From: Camelus dromedarius
Taxonomy: Eukaryota
DNA: 64,000 nucleotides
Assembly (NCBI RefSeq): GCF_036321535.1
Contig: NC_087437.1
Coordinates: 120,468,001 to 120,532,000, forward strand
Direction: 5' to 3'
A model generated the notes under the pieces. It saw nothing but the letters and a program-made list of their open reading frames with translations, was not told the DNA's origin and made no database searches. The translations under genes and the position numbers were made by a program. Positions 36,191 through 45,967 of this stretch are shown here, piece by piece. How positions within the stretch are numbered: the stretch's first letter is position 1; every line of letters begins with the position of its first letter.

Positions 36191-36719
36191 GTGTTTAGAC
36201 GTCACACACACTTACGACCTAGGGTGGGCTCACAGTTAACAGGATGCTCCCACCTGAACGTGTGCCCGGATCTTCTGTGTGTGACTCCATCCTGCACTTT
36301 GCTGGGTGGGAAGCCTGACTTGTTCCAAACAGAAACCACCAGAGGCCCTAAGTCTTGGGCCATCAAACATAGCCAGAGACTCAAAACACGCGGCGGGGGG
36401 CTGCCCAGCTGAGCTCCCCACCCGCAGGAAGGCGCCGAGAACACCTCCGCAGGGATGGCGTGTGGAGGAGAGGACTTCAGCAGTGTTTCTGGGGCAGACC
36501 TGGGGAGAGTCGTTTTTTTAGTATTTGTCCTGCTTGAGGATCACTGTGTTTCCTCAGCTGGTGTCTTTTGGAAACTGCTCAGCCCCCATCTCTTCAAATA
36601 TTGTTTCAACCCCATGCTCTCTCCCCACCACCTGGGACTCTGACCACACCCACACTGGGGCTTACATTGCACAGAGGGTCATTTAGGCACTTGCTGTGGG
36701 TTGTTTTTTGTTGTTGTTT

Positions 36720-36872
36720 TGTTTTACCGCTTTTAATTATTGAGGGGGTAACTAGGCTTATTTATTTTTATTTTATAATAATTATTATCTTCAATGGAGG
36801 CATACTAGGGATGGACTCCAAGACCTCGTGCATGCGAAGCCCGTGCTCCAGCACCGAGCGACCGCTGCCTCC
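36720..36872 (-). mobile_element. tRNA-derived SINE (Vic-1-like, diverged)
   Basis: aatggagg...gacctcgtgcatgcgaagc with the characteristic tail gggggtaactaggcttattt. Confidence 0.75.
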
Positions 36873-36899
36873 TGCTGTGCTGGTTTAAAGTTCTAACTA

Positions 36900-37850
36900 A
36901 ACTTCTCCGTGCGCTTTGCTTTGGGCGTTTCGCGTTAATCCGTCCCTCGGTTCACGCACCCCGCCTGGGTCCGGCCTCCCGGCAAACCGGCCCCGACCTG
37001 CTCACTTCAGGGGACGCCCTTTCCTGCGCGGCTCTCTCGGTCCCGGTCCCGGCTGGCTGGCGCGTCCTCGGCGCGAGCTGGCGCGCGTGCGGTCCGGCGC
37101 CCGCAGCCGGACCTCGGAACCGCGCTCCCTGCGCCCCCAGACCCCGGGGCTGGCGCCTTGCCCTCAGGGGGCCCGCGGGGTGCGCGCACGGCTGTGCACG
37201 GCTGCGCCCCCAGCGCTGGTCACCGCGCTGGCGACACTTGGGACAAACCAAAACGGGCCCGGGAGCTCGCTGAAGGCTCCGCCGCCAACGGCGGGACAGG
37301 GCGTGCGGCTCTGGCCCCGCGCCGGCAGGACCCGCAGAGCCGTCGGGCCTGTGGTTCGAGGCCACGCCGTTCAGAAAGCAGGTCTTCCACCGAGAGCGAC
37401 GGGCTCGGCGCACCTGGGCCCCGCAGACAAGCAGGGGCCGGAGAGGGGCCCAGCGGGCGCGGGGGGGCGGCACGGGGATGGGGTGCGCGGCCGGCCCCTC
37501 CCACGGGGACCCCGGCCCGCCCCGCGGCCGCTCCTCCCCGCGCCGCTGGTTTCACTCCCGCCTCTCTGAGCGCCTGGAGTTGAATTCACGCAGGTTAAGT
37601 GAGACTCGAGTGAAAACGTAGTGACAACCTAAACATCCATTAACTGGGACCAGGATTTGCTTAAGAAAAATAAGAACGTCCACGTGTCCGAGTCCAACAG
37701 CCACGAAAACCAGCGGCGTGAAGTGAGCGCGGGGCGGGGGGGAGGGGGGCGCGGCTCAGCGGCCGAGCGCGTGCGCCGCTGCGCGGGGCCCGGGCCGCCT
37801 CCCCGGTACGTCCATTTGGAACAAACGAATGAATAGACCTGATTACCTCC
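36900..37850. promoter_or_regulatory. Orphan intergenic CpG island
   Basis: About 950 bp of dense CpG; E-box 37681-37686, GC box 37731-37739, NRF1-type GCGCGTGCGC 37767-37776; no recognisable coding exon. Confidence 0.75.
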
Positions 37851-38029
37851 CCTCCCCCCAGAATTATCCTTGACATGGGAAGACGCATACCACCGTATGT
37901 TAATGAAAATGGTAGGTTATAAAATAATGTGACAGATCTATTTTACTCTTAAAAAGAAACATAAAAATTCTAGGTTTACATCAAAATACTACCAATGGGT
38001 CATAGAATTACACGCAATTTTTATTTATA

Positions 38030-39105
38030 AACATGTATTATTTTAATTCATAGATCTCAGTTTTTAGAATAGTTCTACATTTATAGAAAACTTAAGGACG
38101 TAGTAAAGAAAATGTCCATATACCCCTCCCACACACATGGTGTCCCCTGTTGTTAACCCCTGGAATTAGTGTAGTACGTTTGTTACAATCAGTGAGACGG
38201 CGTTATAACATTATGAGTAACTAAAGCCTGCAGTTTGCACAGCGTTCGCTCTTGGTGGTGTACATCCGATGGATTTTGACAAATGTGTAATGACACGTGT
38301 CTACCATTAACGTCTCACACAGAGCAGTTTCACTGCCCTAAAAATGCTGTGTGCTCCGCCTGTTCACCCCTCTCTCCCCCTTACCCCCGGCAACCACCGA
38401 TTTTCTCTTACAACCTCTGTAGTTTGACCCTTTCCAAAGTGTCACACAGTCAGAATCACCTGTAGCCTTTTCGGACTGGCTTCTCCCACTCAGCAATACA
38501 CACTGTTTCCTCCAGGTCATTTGTGCTTTGATAGCTCATTTGTTTAACTTCAGAATAACATTCCACTCGGTTTGCTCATCCATTCAACTACTGAGGGGCA
38601 TCTTGGTTGCTTTCACCCTTGGCAGTTGTGAATAAAGCTGCTATAAATGTCCATGTGCAGGTTTTTGTGTGGACGTAAGTTTTCAACTAGGTAAATATCA
38701 AGGAATGTAACTCTATGGCAAAACTACGTGTAGCTTTATTTTAAAAGCAGCCAGACTGTTCCAAAGTGGAGGTGCCATGTTGTGTTCCCACCAGCAGTGA
38801 ATGGGAGTCCCTGTGGCTCCACGCCCTCGTCAGCATCTGGTGTTGTCAGGGCTCTGAACTTGAGCCATCCTGATAAATGATCCCCCATAGCTGCGTTAGT
38901 TTGCGCTTCCCCGGTGACATATAACGCTGGCAAAGCTTTACATGCTTGTTACGTGCGTATTTTCTTTGGTGAGGGGTCTGTTCAGGTCTTTTGCCCATTT
39001 TTAATTGGGGTGTTTGTTTTCTTATTATCAGGTTTTAAGAATTCTTTGTATATTTTGGACATCTTTTGTATATTTTTGTATGTTTTGTATATTCTTTGCA
39101 TTCTC
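38030..39105 (-). mobile_element. Old L1M 3' fragment
   Basis: gaataaagctgctataaatgtccatgtgcaggtttttgtgtggac...cccaccagcagtgaatg. Confidence 0.85.
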
Positions 39106-39229
39106 TGATGGTGGAACACAACACAGCGACTCACAGACAGATAGGAGGCTGAACTCTGTTACCTAGAGCTCCAAATGAGAGAAGGCTGCCACGCAGGGCC
39201 ACATCAAGGCTGCACCTGGGGGTATCAGC

Positions 39230-39830
39230 AGACTGACATGACCAAGGAAAGACTTGAGGAGCTTGAAGACCCATCAGTAGAAACCAGCTCAAAAGCAGAG
39301 AAAGACATTGAACAGAAGATCCAGGAACTATGGGACAATTACAAAAGGCGTAGCCCACGCGCAGCTGGAACCCCAGAAGGAGACAAAGGAGAGAAAGGAA
39401 CAGAAGAAACATTTGAGGGAACAATGGCTGATGATTGTCTAAAATCAGTGGCAGACACCAAAGCACAGACCCAGGAAGCTAAGAGAACACCAAGTGGGAT
39501 AAATGCCGAAAAGACTGCACCCAGGCATGTCATATGCAAACTGCAGGAAACCAAAGACAGAGGGAAACTTAAAAGAGGTTGAAGGAAAAAACCAGCTGGC
39601 CTGTGGAGGCACAAGGGTGAGGATTACCTCTGACGTGTCCCCAGAAACCACGCGGGCAGGAGGAGGTGCAGTGAGATAGTTGGCGTGTTCAAAGGACAAG
39701 AACCAGCGTGCACTCCGTACCCAGTGACACCTTCCTTCAAAAGTGGAGGAGGGAGAAAGACTCTCTGACAAACAAAACCTGGGGCATTTGTTGCCAGCAG
39801 ACCTGCCTTGTGAGAAATGTAAAGAGAAGT
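39230..39830 (+). mobile_element. L1 ORF1 remnant
   Basis: ORF 39175..39582: ERLEELED...IQELWDNYKR...QEAKRTPSGIN..TAPRHVICKL, the L1 ORF1p coiled-coil/RRM junction. Confidence 0.85.
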
Positions 39831-40159
39831 TCCCTGGGTGTGTGCTCAGAAGCACTTCTGGGTCATCTTTCTCTGGTCACCTGGGACAGCAAGCTGGAGG
39901 GCTGGCGTTTCTCTCCATCTTTACAGCTGGGCCCTGGAAGTGCTCCTGGAGGCAACACCCTCCTGCCTCAATGTGTCCCCTCCCCAAGGGTTTTTAACTC
40001 TCAAGTTAGTCCACACTCAGCCTCCAGCCATTTGTCAAGCATGATTTTCACTGTTCCTGCAGTTACTGCTTCTGGAAGCTTCCACCCCAGCCAGCACTGG
40101 TCCCTGCCCTGAAGGAGTTAGCCTGGTGGGAAGCTGGTTTTATTAATCACCAGCACGTG

Positions 40160-41022
40160 TGGGAGCACACGCTCGGGTTAACAGATTTCGATATTGTAAT
40201 GATCGCTTTACCAAATCGTATTCTCTCCTTTATGTAGGCACATAAGACATGTATAACCAAAGCCCACGCTTTCTGTGCTTGTCACTGTGCTGCTGCTTCA
40301 AAGCAAAGTGTCCCACAGCACAAAGGCTGAACTCTCGATACCAGTCCCCTCCTCATCTGCAGAACTTCGCTCAGCTGCCTCGGAGCCGCTTTGCCAGCGG
40401 GACCTGCTACAAACTGTCTCCTCGCCGTAAAAAGCAGAGACATGCTCTGCTCGCTTTGCTGAGCTCGAGGTCTTAGGCTCAGGGCTGCTTGCGCTCATGG
40501 AAAGCCACAGCTCGTCCCCCGCCCTGACCGGCAGGCCACGCTTCGCTCATCAGGCGCAGGCGGACAGCGTGGGCCTCTCCTGCTCGCAGAAGACAGTGCC
40601 CGAGCCCTCGGCTGGGGACAGCGGGGCTGCTTCGCGCGCTCAGACGACTTCTGATCGTTGTGCGGCGACTCTGCGGTGGTCTGGGTTTTCATTATCAATT
40701 GTTGGGAACACTGTAACCTCGCTCATGATTGTTTGAGGCTTAAAATAACGGTTTGTACGGTCAATATTGTAACCTTCTCTCGAGTATAAATTAAGATCAC
40801 AATGTTTCTGTTTCTCACTAACTGAAACCGCTGGCCTGCGTCCCTGCACGTGCACCATCCCCTTTACTCATTCCTACGGCGCATTTCACTTTGGCTCTTT
40901 GTCTGACTCTTCTCAATAAATACAGGAGCTCTGGAGGGGCTGGTCTCCGGCTCCCTCTCACTCTCTTGACCTGATACAGTCTTGAGTAATTTCATCCTTC
41001 CGCAGTGGGATTTTTGCTGGAC
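40160..41022 (+). mobile_element. Probable ERV LTR, CpG-rich internally
   Basis: TATAAA near 40785, AATAAA near 40914, end ...tttttgctggaCA; 5' boundary uncertain. Confidence 0.5.
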
Positions 41023-41329
41023 AAAACCCATGACGGACAGAACCCATAAGCATGTGTTGTGTGTATCATCTGATGTGATTCCCACAGGAAATCTGAGCCA
41101 GCGATGCTGTTATCGCCCCGTTTTCCAGATTAGGCAGAGGTGAGCTGAGGGTTCACCTCGGGCTTGCACAGTCCTTAGTAAGGACCACAGGTGGGCGAGC
41201 CAGGGACTCTCACAGGCTCTGACGCTGTGCTATCAGGTCTGGGTCAGCCCTGGGCTGAGGAGGGCTGGCCTGTTTGGCGTGATAGCAGAGGCCAACAGAA
41301 GACCCTATACCTCCTGATGACATATTTAA

Positions 41330-41822
41330 GATCACTTAAAACTCTAAACGGAGTAACTGTGGTTCAGGCATCCAAAATGGAGATGGGTGGCCATTGTGGA
41401 TGTGGTTTCAAAATATTCCTGCATCAAGAACTTGAATTTTCTGAACTGTATCAAAATCAAGGATACACAAACCTTTCCCTAAACAGTATGTTGGCCCCTG
41501 CCAGCTGCCAGCTGCAAGCTTGTAGTTTCAAAGTACCCCCTGGACACAGGCTTCTCAACTATGTAATCATTTCCAACCCTAGCCAATCCTTGCTTAACAA
41601 GCACCCTTAACTTCTTTCAGCTCCAGTCCTAATTCTTGGCAAACAATTTCATAACTTTGTGTCTTTTTTGCCTCTATCAGCCTCCCCCTTTCTGTAGTCT
41701 GGCAGAACACAATTCAAGTGCTTCTTAAATGTGTCTGCAGGGCTACAGTCCTAACAAACTCCAAAAACAAAAATGCCTCTTTATTTCAACCACGTCTCCA
41801 TTCTTGGAATTCTTGGTTAACA
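41330..41822 (+). mobile_element. Probable ERV1-type LTR
   Basis: catccaaaatggag...agccaatc...ttggttaaCA. Confidence 0.5.
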
Positions 41823-41982
41823 CTCTAAAAATCCAGCTCCTACAATTAGATCAGTCCCTTTTATTTGCATATATAATTTCTATAAAACTATAGGGAGACG
41901 TTACACAAGTTCTTCTCTAAAAATGTCTCCTGTGTTTTTTATTTCCCAATTTTCAAGAATTCTTTAAGAATACAGATGCCTG

Positions 41983-42134
41983 GGAACTACAGTCACTATC
42001 TTGTAATCACCTATAATGAAAAAGAATATGAAAAAGAGTGTATGCATGTATGTGCATGACTGAAACATTGCGCTGTGCACCAGAGATTGACACAACATTG
42101 TAAACTGACTACACACCAATTAAAACAAAAACAA
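41983..42134 (+). mobile_element. Short 5'-truncated L1 3' end
   Basis: ctatcttgtaatcacctataatgaaaaagaatatg...A tail; TSD aagaatacagatgcctg (41966-41982) and aaaaatacagatacctg (42135-42151) at a TTT|AAGA site. Confidence 0.88.
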
Positions 42135-42549
42135 AAAAATACAGATACCTGATATGTCTGTGTTAAAATTTTCTTCAGCTGCTCACAGGAGTGTCAATTA
42201 CACACTTTCTTAGAATACAGTTTGGCAATATGGATTTAAGGATCTGAAGATTCCGCTTCAAGGAATCCATACTAAGAAAGTAACTAGAAATGCACAGAAA
42301 GATTTACTTGCAAGTAAGTCCGATGAAATAGTTGTAACACTGAAGAGCTGGAGACAGCCTGGCTATCAAGTAACAGAGGATTAAAGGAATTCTTGTAGCT
42401 CCACATGATGGAGATAATGAAGCCGTTGAAGACCGCGGAGAAAAAAAATAATATAAAAAATAAATTAGAAAGCAAAGAAAAAATAAAAGTTTTAAAAAGA
42501 CCGTGGAGAAATAGTGGAGGACATGTTGAAAGTATAAAAATATACTACA

Positions 42550-42655
42550 GGGGGGAGGGTAGAGCTCGGCGGTAGAGTGTGTGCTTAACATGCACGAGGA
42601 AGTGAGTTCAATCCCCAGTACCTCCATTAAAAATAAAAATAAAATAAATAAAAAA
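42550..42655 (+). mobile_element. tRNA-derived SINE (Vic-1-like)
   Basis: gggggagggtagagctcggcggtagagtg...gttcaatccccagtacctcc plus A-rich tail. Confidence 0.9.
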
Positions 42656-43381
42656 TCAAGGACACCCCAAAGTTAAATATATATATATATTATAATGTAT
42701 ATACATAATACATTACCATCCCAGTGTTTAAAAAATCTGACGTCAGTACGCTTCTTGAGCACTCACCATGCGTCACACACCTGCCGTGCACCCTGTGAAA
42801 GCAGGTGCGCTTAGAAAGGAGACCAGCAGGCTGCGCCCCCTCAGGCGCAGGGGCTGAGGAGCTTGTTTCTCCGCAGTGTTTCTAGTCTTGCCGCGCTTTC
42901 TGCAACACGAGTCCTCTTACAACCAGAGCAGCCGTGAGTGACGTTTGAGAATCGCCGTGGCGTGCGGTACGTAGAAAGGAAAGGAACCCCTGCGGCAAAG
43001 CTAACCCAAGCCCGCCAAGGCAGCGAGGCTGCCTCCAGGGAGACGGGAGGAAGACCCAGCGCCCGGGGAAGGCGAACTCACAGCGAAAGGGAGGATTTCC
43101 TCGCTTTCTCTCTTGTCTTTCTTGGTGAACAATTTACCCCAGCAGGCCCCTTGAGGGTCTAAAATTCTTGGCTGTTGGCCCAGATTCTGAATCTTTTCTT
43201 GTTAGAGTGTCACTGTGGGAGGGGGGCGGGGGGAGAGGAAACGCTTCAGGGAAGGCTGGCCAGGACAGAGCGCAAGGCGTGACGATACCTCTGCAGGCGG
43301 GGACTCTGAGCAGCGAAAGCCCCTCGCGGGCTCCCCTTCAACTCAACACACGCTCCCCCGATCTCGCGAGAAAACTGTCCA

Positions 43382-43523
43382 GGTGGCCTGGGGCTGCTAG
43401 GGGTGGAGCCTAGAGCTTCTCGGGGTGGAGCCTGGAGCTGCTCGGGGTGGAGCCTGGAGCTGCTGGGGTGGAGCCTGGAGCTGCTGGGGTGGAGCCTGGA
43501 GCTGCTCAGGGTGCAGCCTGGGG
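43382..43523. repeat. Minisatellite, 21-22 bp unit GGGGTGGAGCCTGGAGCTGCT(C); five full and two partial copies
   Basis: Directly visible tandem units. Confidence 0.93.
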
Positions 43524-43713
43524 ACCCCGGGGAGCCTGGGAGGCTGTCACAGGGGCCCGCTAGTGACCCGAAGACAGCAAGCTGAGCTTCACACCAGACA
43601 AGCGTGCTTGAGGATTAAAAAGTCAAACTACACCGGACAGCCCAGGAAAGAATCCAGGGGATTTTCTAGAATTTTGAAAAGACACTGGCCCAAAGTGTGG
43701 GTGGGTGGGGCGC

Positions 43714-43827
43714 GGAGGTAGTTAGGTTTATTTATTATTATTATTTATTTAATGGAGGGACTGGGGACTGAACCCATGACCTCGTGCATGCTAAGCATGT
43801 GCTCTACCACTGAGCTACACTTTCCCC
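43714..43827 (-). mobile_element. tRNA-derived SINE (Vic-1-like)
   Basis: SINE consensus with ggaggtagttaggtttattt tail; TSD-like caaagtgt. Confidence 0.9.
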
Positions 43828-44545
43828 TTCAAAGTGTTTTTAAAGGTTCAAAAAATCTTGTCTAGTCCCAAGATTAAGCAAAATAATAATAATAACTTCT
43901 AATTTAAAATTTTTTTAATTTCTTATTTTTTTATCTATTCTAATTTTTGTTTAAACTTGTAACTCAGCCTTGAGGTTCCACTGTTGCCTGTTAAGAAAGA
44001 CATTCTAACTGGGAAATGACCAGAAGTCTGCTCCCAAAAGGACGGAGCAATTTCTTAAACATGGACGGATTTCAAACTAGAGTCTTCATTCCATAAAAAT
44101 GGCACCTGGAGTCCCTTAGTCATGAGAGAATGCAGAATTTTCCACCAGCTTCTGTTCAGCAGGGCCAGGGGAATCTTGGCTAAGCACTGAAGAGGGAACT
44201 CTCACTGAATGCTCCATCATGCTAGGCGCTGAGTCTGTCTGCTGAATGCCCCTAACATCACTTGGACATGATACTGGGATTACTTCCCTCCTCTGGTTCC
44301 CGCCCCTCCCAGCGCCAGTCCCGGCCTTGAGATGGAAAACCTGACTTTCACAGGCAAACTCATCAAACCCCCGAGCCCCCGCTCCAAACCACTCCTCTGC
44401 CCAGCTTACACTCTGGGAGGCACCGTCCCTCAGCCATAACTGCCCCAGGGGCAGGGACCACACAGCTGGAGACAGCCCTGCACCCCGGAGCCTGCGGACC
44501 GTTCTAGCCAGTCGGCATGCGGCCTGGCACCTGCCCTGCCTTTCT

Positions 44546-45070
44546 CGTTGATGCAGCGGTAAAGATTCCTGCTGGTAAAAGACGTGTTCACATATTGAGA
44601 TATATATAACACGTGAGTTCACTTGAATTTGATGCTGACTAAAACAGCCTGTGTGTGGCCCATCGAACATGCATCGTGCATCTGCTTTAATTATTATGGA
44701 AAAGGGCACATTGACCAGGAGTAAAGAAGGTCCATCTTGAAAAACAAAAAAGACCAACCGCCCGTCTTCCTGGGGCGCCGGTGCTGGTCCTCCTTTGATG
44801 ATCAGGCCCCTCCCAAGTGCTGAGGCCACGCTGACTCGCTGTGTCTGTGCTGGTCTGTTTTTATTTCGAAACCTTGAGAAAATGCAATCCTGACTTGCTG
44901 AATGCTCTTTGTTCTGACAAGACGCAAAACTCTGCTGGGAGCCCTGCTTCTCCGGAGCGGTTTCTCGGAGGAGGCTGGGAAGCGGGCTTCCAGGCTGGTC
45001 CTCAGTTTGGCTCAAATAAAACTCTTTTCTATTCTTATTATTGATTGTTTATTGATTATTTTCATCGACA
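44546..45070 (+). mobile_element. ERV1-type solo LTR
   Basis: cgttgatg...ctcaaataaaactc...tcatcgaCA, with short terminal inverted repeat and poly(A) signal. Confidence 0.7.
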
Positions 45071-45149
45071 GTGCCCAGGCCTTCCCCTCGCTCCTTCTGC
45101 CTCCTGACCCAACCCAGTGATTCCCGGCGTGGCCCTGCTGGCGTGGCAC

Positions 45150-45705
45150 TGTCACCTGAAACGCTGTTCGCCTCTTGATGGGTGTCGAGCCAAAAGACAC
45201 AGCGAAGCCAAAGAGTGGGAGGAGGAAGGATGTATTACTTGCACCAAGTAAGAACACTGGGGATCTTTCCCAAAGCGGGGTCTCCCCAACAGCAAAACTG
45301 GGGAAGTTTAAGCTAAGGGCACATGCATATTCATGTAGGGCAGTTGACAGAGTCCAAGCTTTAGTGGATTGAAGTCAAGGGTCAGGAAAGGTCAACATCT
45401 TCATCCCTTGGGTTCCAGCTGATCTGGTGGTTGAGCTTCAGGCTAACCTGGACCCACTGAAACAGATTTGGGACTCTTTACAACTGATGTGTCATCTTTG
45501 CTGTTGTTCCTTCTCTTGCCTGACAACAGTCCTTGTTTCTGCATTCTTTTGTCCCCTTAAGATCATGAATTACTGAGACCTGTTCCAGAACGAGCACCGT
45601 GACCAGGCTCAGATCACAAACGGCTTAGGCTAAAAACGGCTTCTCTTGTGTCAGGAAGAGCTCGCCTGGTTCTCTTTGTCGGGACGCCCATCCTGTCTGC
45701 TTACA
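45150..45705 (-). mobile_element. ERV solo LTR (family A)
   Basis: TG...CA ends, 4-bp TSD gcac/gcat; reverse complement aligns to 46215-46633 plus 47936-48067. Confidence 0.85.
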
Positions 45706-45967
45706 GCATGCCCCCACCTCTTAGGAACTGTGAGTGACAAGCTGTCTTTACTGGCAGGCATCTCCTGATCTGTTTGTTGACCTCACCATATCTGAATAAT
45801 AATACAAGCTGAATTTTTAAACACTTAGCTAAACGTCTCAGCCAAACAAGACCAGCCACCAGCAGGGCAGGAAGTGGCCTTGTGGAATGTGTTATAGTTC
45901 AATAGGTGGTGTGGTCTGAAAATCATGACAGGGCTTTGAAGGCATGCATAGCCCATAAGGCAAAGGG

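Noticed and set aside
36916..37583. ORFs of 217, 173 and 141 aa in the orphan CpG island
   Set aside because: Non-ATG starts and low-complexity GC-driven composition; no homology recognised.
43382..43523. CRISPR-like repeat array
   Set aside because: Head-to-tail units without unique spacers in a mammalian genome; it is a minisatellite.
44116..45015. 299-aa minus-strand ORF
   Set aside because: Crosses LTR boundaries and shows no gag, pol or env motifs.
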